Position numbers and translations under genes: made by a program
The notes under the pieces: model-generated
What the model was told of the DNA's origin: nothing
What the model saw: the letters and a program-made list of their open reading frames with translations, nothing else
Databases searched by the model: none
From: an archaeon
GTDB taxonomy: Archaea; Nanobdellota; Nanobdellia; Pacearchaeales; GW2011-AR1
Assembly: GCA_018657525.1 (NCBI GenBank)
Contig: JABHWZ010000003.1
Span: 14,840-78,839 of the forward strand
Reading direction: 5' to 3'
Length of the DNA stretch: 64,000 nt
Part shown: positions 1-10,119 of the stretch, in pieces
How the letters are laid out: every line of letters begins with the position of its first letter
How positions within the stretch are numbered: the stretch's first letter is position 1

Positions 1-1
1 T

Positions 2-697
2 GATTTTAATGAGTTTCTTAATGGAGGTTATGAAAAAGATGTTATCACTATGATTGCTGGGCCGCCGGCGTCTGGGAAAACTAATTTGGGAATTCTTGCA
101 GGATGTAGTTGTTCGCGGGAGGGGAAGAAAGTTATTTTTATTGATAGTGAGGGCGGGTTTTCTGTTGAAAGGGTTAAGCAGATTGTCGGGGAAAACTTTG
201 AAGAAATTTTGGAGAGGTTTTTTTTGTTGGAGCCTGTGAATTTTAAGGAGCAGGCAGAATCGTTTAAGAAACTTTTGCAATATTTGAAAAAGGAGCAGGT
301 AGGTTTGATTGTTATTGATGGGATGTCAATGCTTTATCGGATTGAATTAATGGATGCGTCAAAATCTAAAGATATTGAAAAAGTGCGTGGGGTAAATGGG
401 GAGATGGCAAAACAGATGAGGACTTTGGCAGAGATTGCGCGGAAGCAGAAGATTCCGGTTTTGATCACTAATCAAGTTTATTCAAGTTATGTTGAAGGGG
501 ATGCATTTTCTGAGGAGAAAAAAGTAAATATCATTGGGGGAGATTTGTTTAAGTATTGGAGTAAATGTATTATTCAATTAAATAAAAGTTCGAGTAAACG
601 GAAAGCTATTTTGTTAAAACATCGAAGTTTGCCAGAAAAAGAAATGAGTTTTGAGATTCGGGATAAAGGAATTTTTAAGAAAAAGGGTTTGTTTTAG
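2..697 (+). CDS. radB: RadA/RadB-family recombinase (RadB-like). The frame is open to the window edge, so the 5' end may be truncated; first in-frame ATG is at 50.
   Basis: Walker A GPPASGKT is preceded by ...GGYEKDVIT as in RadB N-termini. Walker B LIVIDG. About 220 aa. Confidence 0.8.
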   Translation, partial: DFNEFLNGGYEKDVITMIAGPPASGKTNLGILAGCSCSREGKKVIFIDSEGGFSVERVKQIVGENFEEILERFFLLEPVNFKEQAESFKKLLQYLKKEQVGLIVIDGMSMLYRIELMDASKSKDIEKVRGVNGEMAKQMRTLAEIARKQKIPVLITNQVYSSYVEGDAFSEEKKVNIIGGDLFKYWSKCIIQLNKSSSKRKAILLKHRSLPEKEMSFEIRDKGIFKKKGLF

Positions 698-729
698 GTG
701 TTCCTATAAAGTGATTACATTTAGAAAGA

Positions 730-737
730 TTTATAAA
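730..737 (+). promoter_or_regulatory. TATA box (TTTATAAA)
   Basis: 10-22 nt upstream of the two candidate ATGs (747, 759); suggests a short leader or none. Confidence 0.4.
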
Positions 738-746
738 TGGTTTTGA

Positions 747-1439
747 ATGATAAAATTTATGGAAAAATATTTGACTTTGGATGAGATGAGACAAGAATAT
801 CCAATTGTGTTAGTTGATACTTCAGCGATTGCCCGTTATTGGACTATTGATCCAGATAAATCTAATCGTTGGATAAATGATTGTTCAGATCAATTAAGAC
901 TTAATGCTTTATCTTTTTTTGATAGACTTTCTGAGGAGGATACTGTTTCTTTTTATATTATAGGTGGAGTTTATAATGAATTAAGGAGTGCTTCTAAAAA
1001 AAAGGTTAAAGGAAAAAAGGATAATAGATTTAAGGGGGGGAAGAGAATAAAAATCAGGAGTAATGGGGATAAGGATAGAGGTTTAACTAAGGTATTGGCG
1101 GGAAATACAAGAAGGTTAGGAAATAGACTTAAGTCAAGAGGTTTTGTTGTTGATTTAAGTGAGGAAGAAAAATTAGCTAAGCAAAGATTTGAAAGTGAAT
1201 ATTTTGGACTTAAAGGAGAGTATGGATTGAGTGAGGTTGATTTTGAACACTTATCTACTGGGGCTGTCTTATCTAAATCAAGAGGTTCTACAGCATTGGT
1301 TTCATTAGATTTGCCTTTGGTTAATTCTTGGAAGAGATTAGTTAGAGAAGGAGTTTGTTCTTATTCTTCTTTGGGGTTTTTTTTGAGAAAAGGTGGAATA
1401 AATTCTTTTGAAAGAAATTTGGTAGATCTTAGAGGTTAA
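747..1439 (+). CDS. hypothetical protein (N-terminus VLVDTSAI is faintly PIN-like)
   Basis: Long ORF with a TTTATAAA box at 730-737. No diagnostic motif recognised. Confidence 0.4.
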   Translation: MIKFMEKYLTLDEMRQEYPIVLVDTSAIARYWTIDPDKSNRWINDCSDQLRLNALSFFDRLSEEDTVSFYIIGGVYNELRSASKKKVKGKKDNRFKGGKRIKIRSNGDKDRGLTKVLAGNTRRLGNRLKSRGFVVDLSEEEKLAKQRFESEYFGLKGEYGLSEVDFEHLSTGAVLSKSRGSTALVSLDLPLVNSWKRLVREGVCSYSSLGFFLRKGGINSFERNLVDLRG

Positions 1440-1444
1440 GATTT

Positions 1445-1831
1445 TTAATTAGCGTAAAGTTTTGTTCTTGTTTTGTTTAGTATTTCTTTTTCTCTTTTTG
1501 ATAAGGGTTGTCGGTAGATAGCATTACATTTTGGACATTGATATGTTGATATTGGTTCTTCCATGTCGGGTAAGTGTTCACTACTAGTTGATTTATTTAA
1601 TTTTGTTTCATCAAAAAAACAAGTATCTCTATGGGATGTTTTTGAAATAAATGCTAATCTATAAGATGCTCTTCCCCAGGGAATTATTATTAAGCCGCTT
1701 ATTCCCTCTGCATCTAATTCTTCTCTTTTTCGTTGGAACTTTTCTTCCCACATTTTGTGAATTTTATCTTGTCTTTCACATGCTCTTGTATTTGCTTCAC
1801 GACTTCTTTGTACATCTCCTAAGTTTGCCAT
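1445..1831 (-). CDS. hypothetical small protein with a C-terminal zinc-ribbon-like CPKC motif
   Basis: 128-aa ORF with YQCPKCNAIY, filling the gap between flanking genes. Confidence 0.4.
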   Translation of the reverse strand: MANLGDVQRSREANTRACERQDKIHKMWEEKFQRKREELDAEGISGLIIIPWGRASYRLAFISKTSHRDTCFFDETKLNKSTSSEHLPDMEEPISTYQCPKCNAIYRQPLSKREKEILNKTRTKLYAN

Positions 1832-1943
1832 CTCCTCTCTAATTGTTTGTCCTTTTTAAGAATTGTTATCTTGTTTTGTTAAATTTGAGATTGGTTAGTT
1901 TGAGAATATAAATGTTATTATAGTTGTAAGTTTATTTTTATTT

Positions 1944-3152
1944 ATGGGGGATAATATTCGTTTTGAAGTTGTGAAGAAAATTGCTGAGACTAATTTTAAA
2001 CTTAAGAATTTAGATAAAATTTCGCAGTTGAATTCTGTTAGTCCGCCGAGTGTTTTTATTGGTTCGAAGTTGAAGTATCCGTTTATGAATGTGGGGATTT
2101 TGTCTCCGATTCAACGGGAGGAAAATGCGTGGGTTTATGATGATGCGAAATATTGGGCGCAGAATGATTTTCAGATTTCTGATGTTATTAAATTGAGAGA
2201 GAGTTTGTTGAATTCTAGATTTAGAACTCGGGCAGGAGATGTGCGTCGGAAAAATAAGTTTTTGGATATTGCAAAAGAGTTAGCTGTTGCTTATAAGCCG
2301 GTTGATGTTGAGATTGAATTAAAGCGACGTGTTAAAGTTTATAGGCAGAAAGACCGTGTTACAATGCCGCAGGCGATGGGTGCTCCGTTGCAAAAAGCAA
2401 GGATTACTTCAAATGTTAAAGTTCATCAGAAAGTTGATAAAATGATGAATGATGAGGTGAAGGCTTCAGAGGCTTTGGGAATTTTGTATAAGACTAATAT
2501 TGATGAATATGCTTTGAGTAAAATTTTGAGTATTGGTGCTTTGGGTTTAAAGAAAAATAAAAAGTTGGTTCCGACGCGTTGGTCGATTACTGCTACTGAT
2601 GATTCTCTTGGGAAAAATTTGTTAAGTAATATTCGAGATTATAAATGGATTGAAGATTATGAATTGTTTTTTGGAGAGTTTATGGGAAATCAGTATTTGA
2701 TTATGCTGTTTCCGAATGTTTGGAGTTATGAGCTGTTTGAATTGTATTATCCTGGAAGTTCTTGGAATCCGAGTTCGGAGATTAAGGCTTCGACGGATTT
2801 TGAAAGTTATGGTGGGCGGAAGAGTTATGCATTTAATTGTGCAGGAGGGTATTATGCTGCGCGGTTGCCGATTTTAGAGTATTTGGAATCAATTAAGCGA
2901 CAGGCCAGTGTTTTGGTTATTCGTTTGGAAACGCCATCTTATTGGGCGGCTTTGGGGGTTTGGGTTGTGAGGGAAAGTGTCAGGAAAGCGATTAAAAATG
3001 GAGTTAGATTATTTGATTCTCGAGAGGAACTTTTGGAGAGTGTTAAAAAAATTGCAAAGATAAAATATGATTTTGATGCACATCAGATTTTGAATCAAAG
3101 TAAATTATTATTGCAGATAAAAAATCAGCGGAATTTGGGAGAATGGTTCTAA
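1944..3152 (+). CDS. nreA: NreA-like archaeal DNA-repair protein (Nre N/C domains) with a C-terminal PIP box
   Basis: About 400 aa with a conserved-looking PTRWSITATDD block. The extreme C-terminus QRNLGEWF matches the PCNA-interaction consensus Qxx[LIM]xx[FWY][FWY]. Family assignment is from memory of this family. Confidence 0.6.
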   Translation: MGDNIRFEVVKKIAETNFKLKNLDKISQLNSVSPPSVFIGSKLKYPFMNVGILSPIQREENAWVYDDAKYWAQNDFQISDVIKLRESLLNSRFRTRAGDVRRKNKFLDIAKELAVAYKPVDVEIELKRRVKVYRQKDRVTMPQAMGAPLQKARITSNVKVHQKVDKMMNDEVKASEALGILYKTNIDEYALSKILSIGALGLKKNKKLVPTRWSITATDDSLGKNLLSNIRDYKWIEDYELFFGEFMGNQYLIMLFPNVWSYELFELYYPGSSWNPSSEIKASTDFESYGGRKSYAFNCAGGYYAARLPILEYLESIKRQASVLVIRLETPSYWAALGVWVVRESVRKAIKNGVRLFDSREELLESVKKIAKIKYDFDAHQILNQSKLLLQIKNQRNLGEWF

Positions 3153-3194
3153 GTCAAGGGTAAAGATTTTGGGAATTTTTTAGTTAATTTTAAA

Positions 3195-5630
3195 TTAATT
3201 TGCAGAATTTTCCATATCTTTTTTATACTCTTCTTTCTTTTTTTCCCAAGCTTGATTTGTGGGGCATTTTGGATTAAAGCAGAATATCCATGGTTTCTTT
3301 TTTGGTTGAAGTGCCATTAGCAGAGGGTATTGACATTCTTTGCAAATTTGTTTTGTTTTTTTGATTGTTCTATTTGGAGGAAGACTAAGAGTATTTTTAC
3401 AATTTGGGTAAGAATCGCAAGCGATGAAAGATCTTTTCCATTTTTTTGAATAATTTATTGCAAGGTCTCCTTTTTTACATTTTGGACATTGGATTATTTT
3501 GTTTTCAATTTTTTGCTGTTCTCGCTGTTTAACATTTGCTTCAAGTAATTCTTTTCCAATATCTTTTTCATTTTTTTCAAAATCTTTGGCTATCTGGGTA
3601 ATTTTTTCCTTTGCTTGATTTAATGTTTCTTGTTCTTTTTCTATTAGGTTTTTTTTGTTTTTTGTTTCGCGGATTTTTTCCATTTCTCCTTCAAATTTTC
3701 TGGTTAGTTCTGCATCAATTATTATTGGAGAATATTTTTCCAATGTATCTATTAAAGATATCCCTAATGATGTAGCTTTGATGCTTTCTCCTTGGATGTA
3801 TCCCCTGTCGTAAAGAGTTTCTAAAATTGATGCTCTCGTTGCCTTTGTTCCTAAATTCCTTTTTTCTAGTTGTGTTAATATTGAGGCCGGAGAAAATCTT
3901 TTCGGAGGCTGTGTTTCTTTTTCTTCTATCCTTGAATTGGTGATTTTTACTTCTCCCTCCATATCAGGGATTTTTTCTTCTTTTATTTTTGCGGGGTAAA
4001 TTTTTAGCCAATTTTTTTCTCGTATTACTGCACCTCTAGCTGAAAAGATTAATTCGTTCATTTTTGTTTTGACAGTTTTGTTATCAATTATTGCGTCCTC
4101 GCAGAATAGAGATAAGAATCTTCTTGCGATTAAATTATAAATTTTTTCTTCATTGCCTGATAAAATTTGTTCGTTTCCGGTAGGGTAGATGGATGGATGG
4201 GCAGGGTCTTCTTTTTTACCTTCAGTGGGGGTATTTTTTTTAATTAAGTTTTCAACCTTATATCTTTTGGAAATTTTTTTTAAAATTGTTTTGTATCCTA
4301 TTTCTTTAGGAAGTTTTTGTGAAGAGGTTCGGGGGTAAGATATTAATCCAGATAAATAAAGTGCTTGCGCGGAACGGAGAGTTTTACTGGGGGTGATTCC
4401 ATGTAATTTGTATGCTTCTCTTTGGAGGTCTGTTAAATTAAAGGGGGTTGGTGGAGGCAATATTTGTTCTCTTTTTTTTGTTTCAGCGATGGTTGTTTTT
4501 CCATTAAGATTTTTAAATTTTTCAAGTTCTTTTTTATCGAAGATATCTTGATTATGTTTTAATTCTAATTTATTTTTTTTATTGTTAATTGTTATGAATA
4601 TTTGCCAAAAAGGTTCTGATTTAAATTTGGAGATTTCTTTTTCTTTATCAACTATTAATTTTAGTGCTGGACCTTGTACTCGTCCAATTGACATAATTCT
4701 AAATTTGCCTGTTGTTTTTATTGCATTCATTAAAGCTCTTGAAAGATTGATTCCATAAAACCAATCTAGATAGTGTCTGGTTTCTCCTGCTATTGCTTGT
4801 CCCCATTCAATGGTGGGGAGTTTGTTTTCATAGGCATTATTAAGTTCATCTTTTGTTAAGGTCGAGAATTTCATTCTTTTTGCATCTTTTTGATTACAAA
4901 TATAACGAACAATGTTCATGCCGATTACTTCCCCCTCTATGTCAAAATCTGTTGCGACAGTTAATGATCCTGCATTTTTTGTTAATTTTAAAATTGTATC
5001 ATGATATTTTTTTGTGAAGTCTCCTTTTCTGGCTAAATAGTTTGGAATCCATTTGACTTCAAATATTGGAATACTTGATCCAGCAATTATTTGTTTGAGA
5101 GTGAATAAATGACCCACTGCACAAGCGACGATTATTTTTTGTCCGTTTCTATCAACTTCATAATAGGGTATTTTATTATTTTCTTGAGTTATTGTATCTC
5201 CAAGTGCGGTTGCTATTTTAAGAGCGGCTTGTGGTTTTTCAGTTATAATTAATTCATATCCTGTATTTTTTAATCCTATTTTTTGAGGATTATATTTGAC
5301 TATTTTTGAAGTTGTTGTCTTTGCTTTTTTTTTGGCTTTTTTTCTTGTTCCCTTTCTTTTTTTATATTTTCTTTTTGGTTTTATTGGAGTTGATTCAATG
5401 GTTTCTAAAGATTCTCTATCAGGTCTGCTGAACTTTTTCTCAATGGTTGCTTTGGAGATTTGTTCTTTTGATAATGGCATTTCAGGTATTTTTCTTTCTG
5501 TAATTTTTTTTTCTTCTACGATTGTGTTTTTTACTTTTTTTTCGGTTGCTCTTTCTACATTTGATTCATCTACTCTAAAAAAGTTTTCTACAATTTTTTC
5601 TTCTCGGGGTTTTTGTTTTTTTAGGGGCAT
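3195..5630 (-). CDS. topA: DNA topoisomerase, type IA, with C-terminal zinc ribbons and a lysine-rich N-terminal extension of about 120 aa
   Basis: Toprim motifs LIITEKPQAA and ATDFDIEGE; active-site region ISYPRTSSQ; C-terminal CPKC..C..C and CKEC..C..C fingers. Confidence 0.9.
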   Translation of the reverse strand: MPLKKQKPREEKIVENFFRVDESNVERATEKKVKNTIVEEKKITERKIPEMPLSKEQISKATIEKKFSRPDRESLETIESTPIKPKRKYKKRKGTRKKAKKKAKTTTSKIVKYNPQKIGLKNTGYELIITEKPQAALKIATALGDTITQENNKIPYYEVDRNGQKIIVACAVGHLFTLKQIIAGSSIPIFEVKWIPNYLARKGDFTKKYHDTILKLTKNAGSLTVATDFDIEGEVIGMNIVRYICNQKDAKRMKFSTLTKDELNNAYENKLPTIEWGQAIAGETRHYLDWFYGINLSRALMNAIKTTGKFRIMSIGRVQGPALKLIVDKEKEISKFKSEPFWQIFITINNKKNKLELKHNQDIFDKKELEKFKNLNGKTTIAETKKREQILPPPTPFNLTDLQREAYKLHGITPSKTLRSAQALYLSGLISYPRTSSQKLPKEIGYKTILKKISKRYKVENLIKKNTPTEGKKEDPAHPSIYPTGNEQILSGNEEKIYNLIARRFLSLFCEDAIIDNKTVKTKMNELIFSARGAVIREKNWLKIYPAKIKEEKIPDMEGEVKITNSRIEEKETQPPKRFSPASILTQLEKRNLGTKATRASILETLYDRGYIQGESIKATSLGISLIDTLEKYSPIIIDAELTRKFEGEMEKIRETKNKKNLIEKEQETLNQAKEKITQIAKDFEKNEKDIGKELLEANVKQREQQKIENKIIQCPKCKKGDLAINYSKKWKRSFIACDSYPNCKNTLSLPPNRTIKKTKQICKECQYPLLMALQPKKKPWIFCFNPKCPTNQAWEKKKEEYKKDMENSAN

Positions 5631-5680
5631 TTTTATGCTTTTATAAGGGAATTAGTTTTTATATGTTTTTGTTTGTTGGA

Positions 5681-6523
5681 TTATATCTTAAAATATTTGT
5701 TTATTTCTTCCAGTCTTTTTTCAGAATCCATTGAAGAAGAAAACATTTTCCAGAAGATTTTTTTTATCCACTCTGTCCATTCTTTATCTTTGATTGTATA
5801 GAAGACAAATATTTTTTTGTTTAATTCTCCGGTTTTTCCAGTTGGTTCTTTTATTTCTTTTAGTCTAAATGTTTTATCATCAAAAATTATTGCTCTTAGT
5901 GGCTGTTCTCTATGCCTTATTTCTATTAGATTTTTATTGTGTTTGAAATTTAAGGCTAAAACTTTTTCTATGTTTTCTTTTCCTATTAAATCTACTCTAC
6001 AGATTATCTTTATCTTTATATTTTTTTTGATTAATTTTTCAAGTAATTTTAAGAAATTTGTTGCCTTATCTTTGAGGTTGGTCCAAGACAAATTTCCTGA
6101 GAAAATAATAACTTCTTTTTTGGCTTTTTCAAAAAGTTCTGTTAATTCTTGGAAATTTGTTTTATCTTCGGAGCTTGCTTTTTCGATTGTTATTTTTTTA
6201 TCTTTATCTTTGACTTGTTGGAAAATATCAAAACCTGAAAAAGATTCTTTTGTTTTAGAATTCATTATTTGATTTTCTAAGTTTTCTTGAAGTTTGGTTT
6301 GTTTAGCATTTTCATTTAAATTCCAGTAAACTATTTTTAATGCTCCTCGTGTTCCGCCTCGGAAAGTTCTTGTTTCGATTGTTCCAAATTCTTGAGTTAT
6401 TTGTTGGATATATCTATCGGCTGTCCTCCAATTTTTTTTAATATATTCAGCCACTTCATTTATGCTTCGTGGTTTTTGAGAAACAAATTCTTCTATTTTT
6501 TTGATTATTTCTCGATTTAACAT
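5681..6523 (-). CDS. putative winged-helix regulator (TrmB-like architecture)
   Basis: N-terminal wHTH-like segment (RSINEVAEYIKKNWRTADRYIQ) plus a C-terminal alpha/beta domain. Weak assignment. Confidence 0.35.
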   Translation of the reverse strand: MLNREIIKKIEEFVSQKPRSINEVAEYIKKNWRTADRYIQQITQEFGTIETRTFRGGTRGALKIVYWNLNENAKQTKLQENLENQIMNSKTKESFSGFDIFQQVKDKDKKITIEKASSEDKTNFQELTELFEKAKKEVIIFSGNLSWTNLKDKATNFLKLLEKLIKKNIKIKIICRVDLIGKENIEKVLALNFKHNKNLIEIRHREQPLRAIIFDDKTFRLKEIKEPTGKTGELNKKIFVFYTIKDKEWTEWIKKIFWKMFSSSMDSEKRLEEINKYFKI

Positions 6524-6610
6524 ATAGAAATTAATATTTTGAAGTTTTTAACTATTGTGCAACTATGTGTATATATTTTTGTAGGTAAATGTCATAAATA
6601 ATACAACTCT

Positions 6611-7219
6611 TTGAATATTATGGAAAAAAATAGGTTGATTTTAATCGGCGGGTGTCCTGGAACAGGTAAAACAACTTTGGCAATTAAACTTGCGGATAAA
6701 TTGGGGATTGATCAGGTCGTTTCTACTGATACTGTTAGGGCGTGTTTAAAAAGTGTTTCTGATTGTGATTCTAACCCTTTTTTATTTACTGTTACTCATG
6801 AGGCTTGGAAGATTCTTGGAGAGAGAACAAATGAAAATATTTGGGGGGGATTTCTCAAACATTGTGAGATAATTTATTCAAGTTTAAAATTTATTATAAA
6901 TAAATCTGCAATAGAGGGGAGAGATGTAATTATTGAAGGAGCGCATCTTATACCAAATTTTTGCAAATTTATTGATACAAGTAAATTTGATGTTCACTTC
7001 TTTTTTTTAAGAGTTGAGTCTGATTCTGGTTTAATCAGAAGGTTTGATTTGAAAAATTCTTGTAGAAGGATTAATTATTCTGGATGGGGGAAAAATTTAA
7101 AAATTATACGTTTTATTGAGGGTAAAATTTTTAAGAAATTGCCAAATAATGTTTTTGTTTTGAAAAATGAGGATCTTATTTTTTCTTTAAATAAATGTTT
7201 GGAGACTATTTTTAAATGA
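6611..7219 (+). CDS. P-loop kinase, 2-phosphoglycerate-kinase-like
   Basis: LIGGCPGTGKTTLAIKLADKLGIDQVVSTDTVR resembles the 2PGK/COG2074 N-terminal signature. Confidence 0.5.
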   Translation: MNIMEKNRLILIGGCPGTGKTTLAIKLADKLGIDQVVSTDTVRACLKSVSDCDSNPFLFTVTHEAWKILGERTNENIWGGFLKHCEIIYSSLKFIINKSAIEGRDVIIEGAHLIPNFCKFIDTSKFDVHFFFLRVESDSGLIRRFDLKNSCRRINYSGWGKNLKIIRFIEGKIFKKLPNNVFVLKNEDLIFSLNKCLETIFK

Positions 7220-8385
7220 GGTTTTATATTTTTAATTCTCAAATTTGTATGAGGTTAAAATTGTTTGGAGAGGATTTGAAGAAATTATTTATCTTGAACG
7301 GATGGGAAGAAACTTCTTTAGAGACCGCAGATTATATTTTTATTAATTCTTGTAGTTTTTTAAAATCTAAAGAAGATTTTTTTATTAAAAAAATTGGAGG
7401 TTATGATTTTTCAAAAAAGAGAAGTCAAAAAATATTTGTTTTTGGGTGTTTATCTTCTTCGAATCCATCTAGAATTGAGGCGATAAATAAGGAGATTGTT
7501 TTATTTGGTAGAGGATTGGAGCAGTTTGTTGAATATTTTAAATTTAAAAAGACAGACTTTTCTTGTAGTTATACTTCCGTTGAAAAATTATCTTTTTATA
7601 AACAATTTTTGTCTTTTATGAATTTTTTTTTATGGCAGAATCCAAATATTGATTATCGGTTAAAAAGGGATAAGATTTTTCATTTGAAGATTTCTGAAGG
7701 TTGTTTGGGTAATTGTAGTTATTGTTCAGAAAAGTTCACCACTAAATTAAAGAGTAGGAAGATAAACAATCTAATTTTTGAATTCAAGGAGGGGATAAAA
7801 AGAGGATTTTCTATTTTTTGTTTTAATTCAGATGATACTTCTGTTTTTGGAAGGGATAATGATGAAAATATTTATGATTTGTTGGCAGGAGTCTTAAATT
7901 TGAATGGAGATTTTTTATTAGCAGTCACAGAATTTAATCCGGGAGGTTTATTGGATGAAAGGGCAGTGGATTTATTAACTTCTTCTAAAATTTGTTATAT
8001 CACTTTGCCGATTCAGAGTGGAAGTCAAAAAATCTTGGATAAAATGAATAGGTGTTATAATATCAATGAGATTATTGATAAAATTTTACTTATTAAAAAG
8101 TTAAATCCTTTAGTTAAAATAAATACTCATTTAATTGTGGGCTTTCCTGGGGAAACAGATTTTGATTTTGATAAGACCCTGTCTTTGGTTAAAAGTGGAG
8201 TTTTTGATAGAGTTAAAATTTTTAAATATAGTAATCGGCCATTTACTAAAGCTTCTAAATTTATAGGTAAAATTTCTGAGGAAATTAAAGATAAGAGGGT
8301 TAGAATGATTAAGAAGGCTATTTTACTCAATATTATTAAAAAAGGGAGTTTCCCAGATTTCATTCTTAATTTTGGGGGTATATGA
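7216..8385 (+). CDS. radical SAM methylthiotransferase-like enzyme (MiaB/MtaB/RimO family)
   Basis: Three N-terminal Cys in MTTase-like contexts (..QIC.., FINSCSF, VFGCLSS). Radical SAM motif CLGNCSYC. Start overlaps the upstream stop. Confidence 0.7.
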   Translation: MRFYIFNSQICMRLKLFGEDLKKLFILNGWEETSLETADYIFINSCSFLKSKEDFFIKKIGGYDFSKKRSQKIFVFGCLSSSNPSRIEAINKEIVLFGRGLEQFVEYFKFKKTDFSCSYTSVEKLSFYKQFLSFMNFFLWQNPNIDYRLKRDKIFHLKISEGCLGNCSYCSEKFTTKLKSRKINNLIFEFKEGIKRGFSIFCFNSDDTSVFGRDNDENIYDLLAGVLNLNGDFLLAVTEFNPGGLLDERAVDLLTSSKICYITLPIQSGSQKILDKMNRCYNINEIIDKILLIKKLNPLVKINTHLIVGFPGETDFDFDKTLSLVKSGVFDRVKIFKYSNRPFTKASKFIGKISEEIKDKRVRMIKKAILLNIIKKGSFPDFILNFGGI

Positions 8386-9251
8386 TGTTTCAAGATTGTG
8401 ATTATATTTTGGATGAAGAAGATAATTTTTGGATAGTTCATAAAGGGGGAAAAGAAGTTTATGCTAATCGGGTTTTTAATGTGGATGAAAATGGGGATCG
8501 ATATAATGCTTTAACTAAAAAAAAATATTCTAAGGTTATTTTAGATAATTTTTCTATCCAGATTTTTAAGGGAAAGATAAAACGTATTTTTAAACCACGA
8601 GAATTTTTTAAAGATAACTTTGAGGTAATGTCCCTTTCTTGGAAAAAAATTCCTCTTGCTTTAATGAGTGTCGGCATTTCCAAGGAGAATATAGGAATTT
8701 TTGGATCATATATGTTAGGGTTTGAAATTATTAAAGATGTGGATTTTATTGTTTATGGATTGGCTAATTTTAAAATTATTAAAAAGAATATAAAAAAAAT
8801 AAAAGAAATTTTGCATACTTCAGATATAACCCCCGAGCATATAGATTATCAAATTAAAAAATATGCTTTTTTATATTCCTCTGAAAATCAATTCGGAAAA
8901 ATTCTTCAAAGAAATTGGGCAGGGATACAGATTGGAAAAGGAGTTTTGAGTACAATTAGATTCGTTTATTTCAATGATGAATCTCCTAAAGATCTATTTA
9001 TTAAATTTGGAGCAAAAACTATTTTGAAAGGAATTGTTGTTGAATCAGAGGGAACTAATTTTGTTCCCCGTATAGCTTTTATAGATTCTCCTTTTGGAAG
9101 AATTAGAATTCTTAGTTATTTTTGGATGTTTAATTCTTTTTTGAAAAAAGGAGAAGAGATTAAGATTTGTGGGGATTATTGCGAAGAGAATAAAACAATT
9201 TATCTTTCAGATGATGACTCTTGGATTAAATATCTGGGGGAAGATTGTTAA
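8382..9251 (+). CDS. predicted nucleotidyltransferase-fold protein
   Basis: GIFGSYMLGF..KDVDFIVYG fits the G[SG]x9-13DxD Pol-beta NTase signature. ATGA overlap with the upstream gene. Confidence 0.4.
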   Translation: MMFQDCDYILDEEDNFWIVHKGGKEVYANRVFNVDENGDRYNALTKKKYSKVILDNFSIQIFKGKIKRIFKPREFFKDNFEVMSLSWKKIPLALMSVGISKENIGIFGSYMLGFEIIKDVDFIVYGLANFKIIKKNIKKIKEILHTSDITPEHIDYQIKKYAFLYSSENQFGKILQRNWAGIQIGKGVLSTIRFVYFNDESPKDLFIKFGAKTILKGIVVESEGTNFVPRIAFIDSPFGRIRILSYFWMFNSFLKKGEEIKICGDYCEENKTIYLSDDDSWIKYLGEDC

Positions 9252-9252
9252 A

Positions 9253-9813
9253 ATGATTAAAAATATTAAAATTGTCTTTATTGGAAGAAGTAGTTCCGGA
9301 AAAACAACTTTGTTAAATGAATTTGGAAGAAGAGGATGTAAGTGTTTGCATGAGACTGCAAGAGAAGTTTTGAAAGAAAGAAAACAGATTTTAGTCAGAG
9401 GGAAATATGAAAATCCTGATTTGCAAGAACATTTTATTAGACAAAAATTAATGTATGAAAAACAATTGGAAAATGAAAAAAAATCTTCTGGGTTGGTTTT
9501 TCATGATCGAAGTTTAGTTGATGTTTTGGCTTATACAAATTATTTTGGGGTTGACGATTCATTTATTGATAAAAATTTATTGAGGGGGAGATATGATTTG
9601 GTTTTTAATCTCGAACAAAGAGAATTTATTGTAGATGAAGAAAGAATCGAAAGCGGAGCGGAAGAGGCTCAAAGGATTCATGATTGCGTGTTGGAGACTT
9701 ACAAGAATTTGGGTTATTCATTAATTATTGTTCCTAATTTTCGTGAAGATAGATTAGATAATGCAATGCAGCGAGCTTGGTTTGTTAAGAATTCTATTTG
9801 TGAAAGGAGGTGA
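9253..9813 (+). CDS. P-loop NTPase (AAA_28/NadR-kinase-like)
   Basis: MIKNIKIVFIGRSSSGKTTLLNEF Walker A. Start chosen 2 nt after the upstream stop; the longer track ORF from 9169 overlaps the previous gene. Confidence 0.55.
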   Translation: MIKNIKIVFIGRSSSGKTTLLNEFGRRGCKCLHETAREVLKERKQILVRGKYENPDLQEHFIRQKLMYEKQLENEKKSSGLVFHDRSLVDVLAYTNYFGVDDSFIDKNLLRGRYDLVFNLEQREFIVDEERIESGAEEAQRIHDCVLETYKNLGYSLIIVPNFREDRLDNAMQRAWFVKNSICERR

Positions 9814-10109
9814 AAAATAAAATGAAAAGAGATATGAGAAAAAGTGAATTTTCTTTTGAATGCTTGGGACCAGATTCTTTTGGAGGGCGAGATGTAAATT
9901 TTAATTGTCTCCCGGATGGTCATCAACATCAGTGCCCATTAAGAAAATTTTTGCATAATGATATTTTGTATGGAGATAATTCAGGAGAATGGAAGTGTAC
10001 TTCTCCCAAAGGTGAAAGAGAGGTTGGAGATTTAGGAGGTCCAGGAGATTTTTCTAAATGTGATTATTTTGGAGAGTATCGGGATTGTAAATTTTTTATT
10101 TCAGAGTAA
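9810..10109 (+). CDS. small Cys-rich hypothetical protein
   Basis: 99-aa ORF with 6 Cys. GTGA start/stop overlap with the upstream gene (GTG at 9810, upstream TGA at 9811-9813). Confidence 0.3.
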   Translation: MKNKMKRDMRKSEFSFECLGPDSFGGRDVNFNCLPDGHQHQCPLRKFLHNDILYGDNSGEWKCTSPKGEREVGDLGGPGDFSKCDYFGEYRDCKFFISE

Positions 10110-10119
10110 AAGGATTAAT

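Noticed and set aside
5296-6272. Antisense or overlapping track ORFs, for example 54..239, 1651..1842, 5296..5646, 5817..6272, 8127..8441, 8459..8683, 10205..10462, 10830..11045, 11762..12022, 22504..22728, 23794..24054, 24232..24486, 25152..25523, 27016..27246, 30683..30958, 32141..32404, 36230..36484, 40007..40291, 42300..42704, 44336..44569, 48306..48629, 53225..53723, 59121..60188 and 61563..62157.
   Set aside because: Each lies inside and opposite, or out of frame, to a gene with strong family motifs. They have low-complexity Phe/Leu/Ile/Ser-rich translations typical of the reverse strand of AT-rich coding DNA.
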